Below are positions 11,898 through 22,462 of a DNA stretch of 39,555 nt, piece by piece (positions within the stretch are counted from its first letter, which is position 1; each line of letters begins with the position of its first letter). This DNA is from Spirogloea muscicola. Lineage: Eukaryota. Position numbers and translations under genes: made by a program. Under the pieces are notes generated by a model. It had not been told where the DNA came from. It was given only the letters and a program-made list of their open reading frames with translations, and ran no database searches. The stretch lies in NCBI GenBank assembly GCA_009602725.1, contig WELB01000016.1, forward strand, positions 697,084-736,638, written 5' to 3'.

Positions 11898-12550
11898 GTG
11901 GCAACAGCATATGGGTGCAAAGCCAAACCTTGTGACACGCCAAACACCACTTCATGCAAGCGCGGTGCCTTGCTCTCTCTAAGTAGTCATATTTTTGGTT
12001 TGCTTACTCTTCACTCGCTTTGCTCTTGCTGGCACTCGCTTGGTTCTGGTTTGCACTTATCTTGCTACTGATCTTTTCAATCATCAAATAATCCATTACC
12101 TTGGACATTCTACCTTTTGACACGGATCCTTTTCTCTGGAAAAGCCACTAGTCTATCTGAAATAACAAAGAACACGAATGATGATGAGTCCGGAGGACCC
12201 AGCGGGCCCATCTGTCAATGCGTGGACAGCGCAGCAGCGGACCTTGGGCGCTCGGCAGTAGCAACAGAAGAGTCCGGAAGACACACAAACCAGCTGAAGG
12301 CGCCTTGTCTTGCTGCGCAAAGGGACTCACGAAGTAGTGCCGGCTAGCTTGGAGGGCTTCTGGCAGATGGCCAGGATCTGAGCGGTCTGAACACTGGCAT
12401 GCTGAGAATTGGCTAGCGCGGCAGCGGTATCCGCTGCCCGGGCGGACGTGCAGGTGCCACGCCCGCCGGTGACAGCCTGCTCGCGGGATTGCGGGCAGCG
12501 GCCAATTTGGGCGCGGGGTAGTTTGACGAAACACATCCGTGGGCTAATAC
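11898..12550 (+). repeat. Second PBS/leader/gag stub plus segment X
   Basis: Colinear with 6776-7490 and partly with 8146-8350. Confidence 0.8.
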
Positions 12551-12639
12551 TGCCGCGCCCGAGGGGCGCGGGGCGGCAGGGCGCGGAAAGGGGATAAGAT
12601 TGAGGGGGGGCCAATTTATATCGACACGCTGTTCAGGGC

Positions 12640-13060
12640 ACAGACGGCAAACGGCCCGCGGGAAGTTGGCCCCCACGCGACACGGGCACCGCGGGCTCCC
12701 CCTTCGGCTCATTCTCCCGCCTAGGCACTGCTCCCCTCGCCCATCCGCCGCAGACGCCGCCGTCGACCCGCCGCCGCCATGGCCGCCGCCGCCCTGCGCG
12801 CCGCGCCGNCGGCGGTGCATGGCGGCCACGTGCGCGAGGCACGGCCATGCAGCACGCCCGGCCGCGGCGGCCGCGCCCGCGCAGTGCTTGCGCGGTGGAC
12901 GGCGCCTTTCCAGGCAAGCCAAGGGCCCTTCCCTTGCTTCCTTATGCCCGTTGGCCTTGCAGCCGGCTCCACCTTGCAGCGTGCACTCGCTGCTTGCGGC
13001 CCTCATGTCCTGCCGGCTGTGGTGCTGGCAGCCTCGCATATGAGGTGCTTGCACAGTGTG
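12640..13060 (+). pseudogene. 5' part of TPX2-like copy D
   Basis: Matches 7720-7910 and 410-625. Confidence 0.65.
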
Positions 13061-13067
13061 CAGTACG

Positions 13068-14209
13068 GCACCAGCCTCTCGGCAGCGCGGGCAACCAAAA
13101 GCCTCAACTGCGACCTGCCAAGCACAGGGTAAGCCTTGGGTGCATGAGGTACAAGGTGGCAGCACATGGCCTGCAGATTGCGCACTACCTATAAGACGTC
13201 TCCTACCGGCCTGGTCAAGCGGCACAATAAGCAGGACGGCTCACGCATGCCAAGAAAAGCAAGTGCATGGTGCAGCAGTAGAAGCAAGACCACAAGGTGC
13301 TACTCTGTGCTGCTCGGTGATTTTGCTCTGAAGCATTGACCTGGCAAGTATGTGGTGCAGGCGGCTGGCCAGCAGCTGATACGCTGGAAGATGAGGGATC
13401 GTCAGCTTCTCTTCGGACTGCTCAGGTGTGCAGCGAGACCTTGTCAATGTAACCCGATGATGACACAAGCCATGCGAGTCCGCGGTTCTTTCCAGCACTC
13501 GCAGGACCGGCGATGTTCTTTTAGGCAGTGCCGCAGCGAAGGAGCACGAGAAGGCTTGGGTGCAGTGGCCAGCATGCATGCACGCTGTGCACCCAGTGCC
13601 TCACGGGAGGGGTTTGAAGACCCGCCGGAAAGACGGCACCGGCAGCCGCTTGTGGACGAGCGTCCTCCGCAGCTCAGCCATCTGCCGGACTTCCTCCATT
13701 TGCTTTTCCACCTCCGCTTGCCTCGCTGCCAGCTGAAAGAAGCGGCGGAGCTGGGCAACCTACGCAGTCAGGGTGCTTTTCAGTAGTCAGCGGATGCTGT
13801 GGACGCCTCTGCAACAGCAGGCAATGATCAGGTTTATGCAGCACTAATTGCAAGCGGCCAATGCAGGAGAGACGACTCAGCAGGCAAGGACCTGGTCGGC
13901 ACCATCCGACAGGCCTACTAGCACTCCAGCCGTGGCAAAGCTCGTCTCTTATGGTCGCTCAACGTGAGGGGAGACGGGGGTATACTGCCTTACGACGATT
14001 CAGCAGGCTGCGCCAACGCTGCGCTTGTTCACCTGGTCGTGCATAAGCCTTCTCCGTCGAGCGCGTGCAGCACTGTCCAGGAGAGCAGGGCGTGGCTCTG
14101 CAGGAGCTCTTGACGCGGGCCTTTTACGCGGCTGTGGCGAGTACACCAGCACACTCGGGTGTTTTCAGCGTCTAAGTGTGCCAGGGAGCCGCAGAAACAG
14201 ACGAGGGGC
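13068..14209 (-). pseudogene. Inverted TPX2-like copy (left arm of palindrome 2)
   Basis: Reverse complement of the 1800-2925 family; minus strand reads PRPALLDSAARARRRRLMHDQ and SEEKLTIPHLPAYQLL. Confidence 0.85.
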
Positions 14210-14213
14210 TCGG

Positions 14214-15088
14214 GCCCCTCGTCTTTTCCTGCGCCTCTCTGGCACACATGGAGCTGAAGTACTCGAGTGTGCCGGTGTCTTTGCAACAGCCGCCTGAAAG
14301 GCCAGCGCCATGAGCTCCTGCCAATGCCATGCCCTGCTCTCCTAGACAGCGCTGCACGCGCCCGATGGACAAGACTTGTACACGACGAGGGCGCAGCGCT
14401 GAACCAGCCTGCTCATCCGTGCTTTGGCAGTATTCTCCTGTCTCCCCTCACATAAAGCAACTGTGATTACACGAGCTTTGCCACGGCTGGAGTGCTAGTA
14501 GGCCTGTCGGAAGGTGCCGACCAGGTCCTTGCATGCTAAGTCGTCTGTCCAGCATTGGCCGCTTGCAATCACTGCTGGTGCTGCATATACCTGGTCATTG
14601 CCTGCTGCTGCTAGGGGTCAGCAGCATCTCCTGTTTGCTGCAAAGCACCCTGACTGCGCAGCTTGCCAAGTTCTGGCGCTGGTCTCAGCTGGCAGCGAGG
14701 CAAGCGGAGGTGGAAAAGCGGAAGGAGTAAGTCCGGCAAATCGCTAAGATGCGGAGGACGCCAGTTCACAAGCCGCTGGCAATGCCGTCATTCCGGCGGG
14801 TTTTCAGACCCCTCCCGTGAGGCACTCGACTCAGCTTCACAGCGTGCATCCTGGCCACTGCACCCAAGCTTTCTCGTGCTTCTCTGCCATGGCAATCCTT
14901 GAAAAAATGATGCAGGTCCTGCGTGTTGCTGGTGTGAATTCACTGCTGACGCGCACGGGTTGTGTCATCATCGGGTCGTCTTGACGAGGTCTCCCTGCAT
15001 ACCTGAGTAGGTTCACAAAGCAGCTAGCAATTCCACTTCCTCCAGTGTTCCGGCTGCTGGCCAGCCGCCTGCAGCGGTTATGTGCCAG
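14214..15088 (+). pseudogene. TPX2-like copy E (right arm of palindrome 2)
   Basis: LAARQAEVEKRKE*VRQIAKMRRTPVHKPLAMPSFRRVFRPS|GT ... AG|RFTKQLAIPLPPVF. Confidence 0.8.
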
Positions 15089-15437
15089 GGCTTCTCACAG
15101 CCCTTGCCCCCATTGGGAGAGCCACTTCTTCTTCACAGCCCTTGCCCCCATTGGGAGAGCCACTTCGTCCTTCCCCTCCCTGGTACCCTTTCTCCGCTTG
15201 AGGTACGGTCAGCCCGGCGACCTCCTCTGGCTCTGGCCAGGGGACCCACTTCCAGGAGCCTAGCTTCTCTGACCTGAGGTTGCTTAGCAGGGGTTACTGA
15301 GTAAGACGTAAGCTGCTTTGTTTCTTGTAGTGCTTGTTTTTCTGAGCGCTTCCCCTGGCCCCCTTCTCGTACATTGTTCCTTACATTCTGGGCTGGCTTT
15401 TCCAGCCCCTAGCCTCAATGGGCGAGCCCTTCCTTCT
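15089..15437 (+). mobile_element. Stacked CRE-like 3' ends
   Basis: 38-bp tandem duplicate TCACAGCCCTTGCCCCCATTGGGAGAGCCACTTC (15095, 15133), then SFSDLRLLSRGY* (stop ends 15300) and a hairpin at 15390-15408. Confidence 0.8.
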
Positions 15438-16035
15438 GGAGGACAGGGGGTGACCAAGTGGAGGTCCTGCAAGCGGGCACGCGGCAAGGGGACCCCCTCG
15501 CCGGCTTCTCCTCTGCGCTCGCTCACCACCGGGCTCTGCAGGCTACCGCGGCGGCAGATCTAGCGGTCCTACTGCCCACCTTCGCTGACGACACCACCAT
15601 GGTCGGCCCTTTGGAAGACGTGGCGGCCGCCTTCGTCAACTTCGAGCTGGGCACCCTCGGCCTGTCCACCAGGGCGTCGAAGTGCACGGCTTGGTCCCCC
15701 TGCGGCCTCCCATCCACCCTGGCGCTGCCCCCCGGATGCCGGACTCCTGCAGACGGCTTCACCCTCCTGGGGGTCCCCATCGGCGCGCCGTCCTTCGTGG
15801 GTGGGCAGCTGCGAGCCCGCCTCGAGGAGCACCTCCAGCCTGCCGCCCGGCTCCCCGAGCTGCATGATATGCAGCTGGCTCTGGCCATGTTGACCAAGGC
15901 CATTGCGCAGAGACCCCAGTATCTGAAGCGGGCCACCCCGCCGTCCCCAGGGGCGCTGGCGGCGTACGCGGGTTTCGACGCAGGCATGGTGACGAGCCTG
16001 CCGGCCCTGGTCCGCCACCAAGGCTTTCCCCAGTG

Positions 16036-16240
16036 GGGGAAAGGCTCGCCCATTGAGGATAGGGGCTGGGAAAGCCAGCCCAAAAAGAAGGAACAAAGTA
16101 CGAGAAGAGGGGCCAGGGGAAGCGCTAAGAAAAGCACAGAAAAGAAACGAAGCAGCTACGAAGCACTCAGTAACCCCTGCTAAGCAGCCTCAGGTCAGAG
16201 AAGACGGGGTTCCTGGAAGCGGGTCCCCTGGCCTGAGCCC
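16036..16240 (-). mobile_element. Nested inverted CRE-like 3' end
   Basis: Reverse complement of 15230-15435 and 17490-17692. Confidence 0.85.
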
Positions 16241-16412
16241 AGTCGCCTGCCGCCGGGTGTGCTGCCAGGGGAGCTGGCCGCTCATGTTCTGCGCTGTTAC
16301 TACGGCGGAGAGCGGACAGCGGCCCACGACCGCCTCCGGGATGCAATGCATGGCATCCTAGTGGAGGCTGGCTTCTCGGTGGCCGCGGAGAACTCCGCCG
16401 TCATGCCGCTTC

Positions 16413-16855
16413 AGCAAGAGAGAGGGGCGCGCGGTGTTCCATTCCAAATGTAGGCAACTATAATAAGCTCTGACTTGGTAAGAGATGCCCCTGGTGCTCA
16501 TGCGAGAAATGACATTCATTGCACCGCACTGAAAGCCAACACTTAGAGAGTGTTAAGGGGCTGCCATACCTACTACAGACTAAGTTCGGGACTTCTGTAC
16601 ATGTTGGCGAGTATTGAAATACAGGAAACCTCAGCATGCAGACATGCTGCAGATCACTTGGTTCGCCGTCTTCGAAAGAGGTCGGCACATTCTGGACAGT
16701 GCCATTTCCCCTTCGGCTTTTCTCGGATCCCTACACACTCATAGTGATACCATTCTATCCTGCACTGAGATTCCATCTTAATGAAATTGAAAGGGAGGCC
16801 AATTCTAGCCTTACAAATGTCCTGTTAACTGGGTAATGAGCTGGCTAAGGGGGAC
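16413..16855 (-). repeat. Unclassified insertion sharing both ends with 17935-18064 (possible rolling-circle element)
   Basis: GCAAGAGAGAGGGGCGCGCGGTG and GAGGCCAATTCT.GCC.TACAA.TGTCCTG.TAAC.GGGTAATGAG.TGGCT occur in both. Confidence 0.5.
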
Positions 16856-16856
16856 A

Positions 16857-17035
16857 CTAATATCCCCGAGTGAGCACATGCGTATCTGACAAGCTATACT
16901 GAGGCGCCAACCCACCACCACGGAAGCCATTAGCCTGGGCTAATGCACGACCAGCGCGCTGGTGTATCGCGAGTGCCTGAAAGCGCTGTAGACTCAATGA
17001 TAGCCGCATTCTATAGCATGCAACGATGGTTTGCG
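16857..17035 (-). mobile_element. CRE-like ORF C-terminus, different subfamily
   Basis: YRMRLSLSLQRFQALAIHQRAGRA...SLSDTHVLTRGY*. Confidence 0.8.
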
Positions 17036-17744
17036 GGACACTAGAATGCCCCAAGCCAGCAAAGGGATTACGGGGTCCACGCACGTCGCGTAGACCTTGT
17101 GGCCGCCCCACAAGCCGGCGGGCCACGTCTTATCCTGGACGTGGTGATTACAGACGCAGACGATCGCTCACACCCAGCCGAATGTGCCATCAAGGCTGGA
17201 TATGCGGTCGCCTGCGCCGCTCGAGCTAAGGAGCTCAAATTTGCTGATCATCCGCGGGAAGACGAGTTCTTCCCGCTGGCTATCGACACGCATGGGGCGT
17301 TGGGCGCTCGGTGGCTCGACCAGCTCGCCCGCCACGCCATCGTCCGCCGCTTCCATGGGGAGCCGGTGGACTTTCATTCAGCCGGGTTGCCAGCGCAGGT
17401 GTACCGGATGCGCTTGGCCGTCTCGCTGCAGAGGTCTATGGCCCGCGCGCTGCACCTGCGTGCCGGCAGGGCCTTCGCTGCTGCCTCTGGCTCTGGCCAG
17501 GGGACCCACTTCGAGGAGCCTAGCTTCTCTGACCTGAGGCTGCTTAGCAGGGGTTACTGAGTGATACTTAGCTGCTTTGTGTCTTGTTGTGCTTGATTTT
17601 CTTTGCGCTTCCTCTGGCACCCTTCTCGTACTTTATTAATTCTTTTTTGGGCTGGCTTTTCCAGCCCCTATGCTCAATGGGCGAGCCCTTTCTCTTCCAA
17701 AGTTCGTAACTACTGAGTGGTCCATCCTCCCCCGTTCTGCCATA

Positions 17745-17900
17745 GCCTCTTCAGGCCCCGCAGTCGCTGCTTAGCTCGTAGTTTGGCCCCTTCGAACCTT
17801 GTCAATTCTTTTCGGGCTGGCTTCTCACTCTCCTCTCTCTCTCTCTCTCTCCCTCTCACAGCCCCTGCCCCCATTGGGAGAGCCACTTCTTCTTTCTCTT
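17745..17900 (+). mobile_element. CRE-like 3' terminal module with a (CT)n expansion in the hairpin loop
   Basis: GGGCTGGCTTCTCAC-(CT)n-AGCCCC..CCCATTGGGAGAGCCACTTCTTC; 17763-17806 is the reverse complement of 21904-21947 and related to 34641-34722. Confidence 0.7.
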
Positions 17901-17914
17901 CCAAAGGGGGCGGG

Positions 17915-18081
17915 GGCTGTGAATGGCAGTTACAACTAGTGCAAAGAGAGAAGGCGCGCGGTGCGCATGAATTTGTAAGAGAGGCCAATTCTTGCCATAC
18001 AACTGTCCTGGTAACGGGGTAATGAGTTGGTAACGGGGTAATGAGTTGGCTGTGAGTGGCTGTTACTAGTGCAAAGAGAGA
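17915..18081 (-). repeat. Head-to-tail ~130-bp unit with a Helitron-like hairpin + CTAG end
   Basis: Minus strand GCGCACCGCGCGC-14 nt-CTAG-T (CTAG at 17936-17939); second CTAG junction at 18066-18069; internal 19-bp tandem at 18009-18046. Confidence 0.45.
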
Positions 18082-18805
18082 TAAGCGGGGGGGGTTGCGC
18101 ACCTGAGTGGGGATAGGGCGCGCCGTTGCGGAGCCGCCGCCGCTCGTCTCGGGCCCGCTTCAGCAAGTAGACAGACAAGTGGGGCCGGGAAGGAACGGCG
18201 CTTCCAGTATAAGGCAGTGGCTGCGGAAGGCCAGCCCAAGGGCCCCGTCTCGCCGTCTCGTCAGCTTGAGCCCAGCAGTGGCGCCAGTCCCCCCCGGCGC
18301 CCCGCGCATCAGCTCCGCGCCTCGCCCGCCGCCGCCGCTCGCGGCGGCCCCGGNCGGCGTCGATGCCGGGCGCTGGTCATCGCAGGCACCGCGAGAAGGC
18401 CTCCGCGCAAGGCGGCGCCGCGCCCGCGTGAGGTGCCCCGCCCCGGCTGCGTCGGCCTCTGACGCCACTTGGCGCCGCCGCTGATCGCTGAACCAGTCGA
18501 GAGCCGAGCGCTGAGCGCCTCCGACGCCGTTGACGGCGCAGTGACGCCGCCGCCGCCGCCACCGCCACCGCCGCCAGCACCGGCAGCAGCGCCGCCAAGC
18601 CCACAAGCGGCTCGCCTCGTCGCCTGCCTGACGAGGAGGCTCAGCCGCCAGACTAGCCAGCGTGAGCGCCTACGTCCGACCTCTGCATGGAAGCCAGTGG
18701 CGTCTGAGATGGGTATGCAGTCCCTCCGTGGCGCTCGCTGCGGAGATGGGCTCCGACGCTGCCGCTGCTCAGGCCCGTCTGACCATGCGCAGGCCCGCCG
18801 AAGAC

Positions 18806-20416
18806 ATGGGTTCACAAGACGGCCACGAGAACGGAGCGACGGACCGCAGGGAAGCAGCGGACGGCAATGGCGCCGTGCACAGTGACCGGGGCGCTGCTGC
18901 CGGCGACGACAACACCCCGCAAGCCGCAGACGGGCGGGTCACCATCTTCAGCAATAAGTCCGCCGGTGCGAACGGCATGCATGAGGTGGGTGAGCTCCGC
19001 CGTCTCCTCTCTGCTTGTGCTGGGGCTGCCACAGCCGCTGCTTCTGTGTTGAGCCGGCCAGACCACGTTCGTGGACGTGTACCGGTCAACGAGTGCCATG
19101 CACATGGCAAGTACATGACGGCTTGCAAGACCTACTTCTGGCAGAACAATGGCTTGCAGGAGCAGCCGTCACCTGGGGAAAGCTCAGAGGGCAATGGGAT
19201 TGTGTTAGACAACGATGCCCACAAGGCTGACTCCCAACGGGACAGGGAGGCGACGGCACGCGAGGTACCAGTTTGGGCTTGACAATATCATCAAGCGTCT
19301 CTACTACTTCTTGGTAATTTTGCAGCTCAGTTGACGTCAGTCTGTGGCTCTGAAGCATCGCCGTCATTGTCTGGCGAGCTCGTGTACACCCTCTGAGGCT
19401 GCTTGACTTTGCAGGAGAAGCTTGGCTCGGAGATGGAGTCAGCAAAAGCACGGGCAGACGCAGCGGAGGAGCAGCTGGCGCAGCTGAAAAGCGAGCTGAC
19501 ATCTGCCAAGGAGGACCTCACAACAGAGTCAGAGTCCAGGTCAAAGCTGCAGTCCAAAGTGCAGTCTCTGGAGGAGGAGTGTCGCTGCTTGACTGAGGTA
19601 CAGTAGCCCAACAGAGTCCATTGTACTGATATACATACTTTCTTCCCCCTTGTTGAGAGCCAAGCAGTGTGCATATTGCTGTGTGCCTGCTGTCTATGAA
19701 TGCTCTTCTTTGCGTGCTGCCTCGGTGTGCTGCGGAGGCCCAGCTAGCCTGCTTATGTCGTGCAACTCGGACAAATTCGGGTCTGTTGGGACATTTCTCG
19801 TTTAGCACCTGCGTGATCAATTGGGCAGCTCCTGCTATTGCAGAACCTCTCGAAAGCGCAGGGAGCAGCAGATGCGCAGGTCCAGACGGCCCAGAAGGAT
19901 CTGCAGACTGCTGAGAAAAGGTTTGGCTCTCTGGGTCACTCGTGTCGCCCTAGCGGGCCCTATCCTGCTTACATTCAGTGCCAGGACTGGCACGATGTGT
20001 GCTCTGCTTGCCAGCCCTGTTGCACAGATTGTTCTGCAGGCTGACCAAGGGTGCAAGGGGACTCTTTGGCTCGCTTGCCCAGGATTGTGGAGCTGACAGA
20101 GAAGGTGGCAGCCATCAACAAGGACTTGTCAAACATGGTAAGCCGCGTGTCGGCACTTGAGACGCAGGAGCAGCACATGCTGGCGGAGGTGGCGAAGCTT
20201 GCAAAGGTTGGCGCGGCCAAGAGCGAGGAGGCTGCCGAGGCCACCCGGCAGGTGGCGCAGCTGCGGGCCACCAATGAGGGCCTGGAGAAGCAGCTTGCTG
20301 CAGTCAAGGGCGCCGGCAGTGACAAGCCTGAGGCCTGGTCGCATATGCTGATCACGGTATCTGCAGCTGTCAGCGTTGTCGCACTCACAGTCTACATCTT
20401 GTCCAAGAAGAGCTGA
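18806..20416 (+). CDS. Tail-anchored coiled-coil protein, PMD1/2-like architecture (~292 aa, 5 exons)
   Basis: Exons 18806-18985, 19160-19264, 19415-19597, 19844-19920 and 20083-20416 join in frame at GT-AG sites. Acidic N-terminus, long heptad region, C-terminal TM WSHMLITVSAAVSVVALTVYIL followed by SKKS. Confidence 0.8.
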
Positions 20417-20984
20417 GTGCCGTTTCTGGAGTCTGGAGGCGCCTTGGCTAGCACCCATGTGCCGAGACGCAGTGGAGTGCAGGCGCGGTCAATGGACGCT
20501 TTTTTTTGGAATGGCCTGTAGAGGCTCCCTGCGACCTACCTTAGGTGGTGGGTTACCAGCAGCAGGAATACATCAGAAGTGGTTTGTCTTGTGCAAATTG
20601 CTTAACACGTAGCTTGTAATGGGCAGTGGTTCTGCACGTAGCTTGTACGGGGCAGCAGTGGTGCCACCTCAGGGGCGCTGCTTCTGTTGGCCACTTGCGC
20701 CAGCAGTAGATTAGGTGGTCTCGCTCAATCGCTGCGCAGTGCCTCACTGTGTAGGGGTTTGCTCCAAAACCCCCAACGACCGAAGCCAACAAGGACCTGC
20801 TAATTCCTGACTATGTCTACCGGGGTGGGTTCACAACGCTGACGTAATACTCTTGTTCAGCCAAAATCACATCAGCTGAGAAGCTTTCAGCCAGGCCCAC
20901 ACAGTGATGCAGATAAGTCACCCGCTCAAGTGAGTAAGGACTGCCAGCACGGACGGCTTCAGAAAAGGGAAACGGCTGTTTCTC

Positions 20985-21895
20985 TTCATGCTCCATAACC
21001 AATCTGCACAAGAGGCGGCTTGACGACAATATAATTATTCAGCCACTACTCGAGCCCCTGCTCTTCGACAAGACATGTGATACTGTGGAGTGCAGTTTGT
21101 GTGTCTTTGAGAAGCAAAGGCAGCTGTCTCGTTAGCAGAACGGTCTTAAGATGAGAAGCAAGGATGGCTGTCATTAGCAGAAGTGATCAGCAACAAGACC
21201 CATCCACAATGTTCCTCACACCTCCATGCTGTATCATGAACAATTTTACCATTCAATTTACGAACAGCAGTTCTCGGTTGCCTCGTGTACCTTCTAGAGA
21301 CATGCCACGTGTTTCAACAGCATCGAGTATCAAACACCTTGCGCCCGCCCGTCAACTTGCAGGCAAGAGCCGGAAGCTCAGCTAAGGGTAGCTCCTACAA
21401 GGAAATCGTGACTGACAAGCCCGAGACACATTCTAATTTGTTGGGCCGCAAGGGATAGCAAAGACGAGGGAGCCTACTCTTCAATTGGGTCAGCACCTTG
21501 ACAGCGCGCTCGATAGCCGCTCGTCAATATGCCCTGAATCTCAAAGTGCTTGAGTGCGAGCAACACCTCTGTGTCTGAGCCCTAAGCTTTCCAAGCCTTT
21601 CCATCAGCCGCGCCAAGGTATGCACTTGGGCACCAGCCTCTCGGCAGCAACGTTTTGTGAGAATCAAAACGACTCGAATTGCTCCAGCCAAGCAGTAGCC
21701 TTAGATGCATAAGGTTAGAGGTTTTCACATTATGGCCTGCAGGGCAATACCTATGGGACGTCTTTCCGGCCTCGTCAAGCGGCACATAACCAGGACAACT
21801 AAGCATGATGAGAGAAGCAAATATCAGGTTGGTGCAACGGTGGAAGCAAGACCACAAGGTGCTACTCGGCGTGTTTGCTCTGAGGTACGGAGCTC
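20985..21895 (-). repeat. 3'/downstream part of the TPX2-like amplified unit
   Basis: 21630-21870 matches 13068-13310 directly; 20985-21150 is the reverse complement of 2945-3118. Confidence 0.7.
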
Positions 21896-21949
21896 TGGAC
21901 AATTGACAAGGTTCGAAGGGGCCAAACTACGAGCTAAGCAGCGAAAGGC

Positions 21950-22308
21950 GGTCCGGAGCTTCACGGCGTTGTTCGCATTTTTTACGTCGACGGCCAGTAC
22001 CAGCCACCCCAGGTGTTGGTCCAAGGTTGCACGGACCGTGGACCACGGCCTCGCCCCCACTCCGCAGCCCCGCGCCGTATTGATGTGGCGCCAGGTGGTG
22101 CCCCGCATGCTGCTGCCAGAGAACGCGGCTCACCAGGCGGTTGAGGAATCCTTAATGGCAATGGGCCTGACTCCCCCGCTCGGCTTGTCGAGGGCGCGCA
22201 GCGTGCTGGTGCACAGTCGCGGATGCTGGCTGGCACATTGTCCCGGGCCTGATGCTGGCAGATCTGCAGCAGCGCGTTGAAGTCCGCAGCCTCTCCCTCG
22301 AGGAAGAT
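21950..22308 (-). mobile_element. CRE-like RT N-terminal fragment (frameshifted)
   Basis: LRALDKPSGGVRPIAI, HLAPHQYGAGLRSGGEAVVHG, WLVLAVDVKNANNAV. Confidence 0.85.
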
Positions 22309-22312
22309 CATA

Positions 22313-22386
22313 TCAAGGTGACAGGATTCGAACCTATGGCCTTCTGTACCCAAAACAGATGCGCTACCAAGCTGCGCTACACCTTG
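22313..22386 (-). tRNA. trnP: Mitochondrial-type tRNA-Pro(UGG) within a NUMT
   Basis: CAAGGTG/CACCTTG acceptor stem, TCTGT-TTTGGGT-ACAGA anticodon arm, GGTTCGAATCC T-loop; close to plant mitochondrial trnP. Confidence 0.92.
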
Positions 22387-22462
22387 CCTTGTTATCGCGT
22401 TATCGCGTTATCGCGTTATCGACAAGATGACGCGATGACAAGATTTGCTATTTTGCTATTTG

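Larger units (their letters stand above)
15440..17700 (+). mobile_element. 5'-truncated CRE-like non-LTR retrotransposon (RT - CCHC - restriction-like endonuclease) with three nested insertions
   Basis: RT GTRQGDPL...FADD (15458-16025). Zinc knuckle CRRVC..HVLRC..GGERTAAHDRLRD (16241-16412). RLE RRVDL...LILDVVITD...AKELKF...FFPLAIDTHG...RLAVSLQRSMA...SDLRLLSRGY* (17083-17560). 3' UTR hairpin at 17649-17667. Confidence 0.9.

Noticed and set aside
940..15088. Palindromes as assembly or amplification artefacts
   Set aside because: The arms differ by many substitutions and indels; artefactual fold-backs would be near-identical.
17640..17700. HDV-like or hammerhead ribozyme in the 3' module
   Set aside because: I could not place the nested double pseudoknot or the CUGANGA/GAAA cores.
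20817..21029. Bromodomain-like reading of LVMEHEEKQPFPFSEAV
   Set aside because: The similarity is too short and unsupported downstream; it lies at the edge of a decayed repeat.
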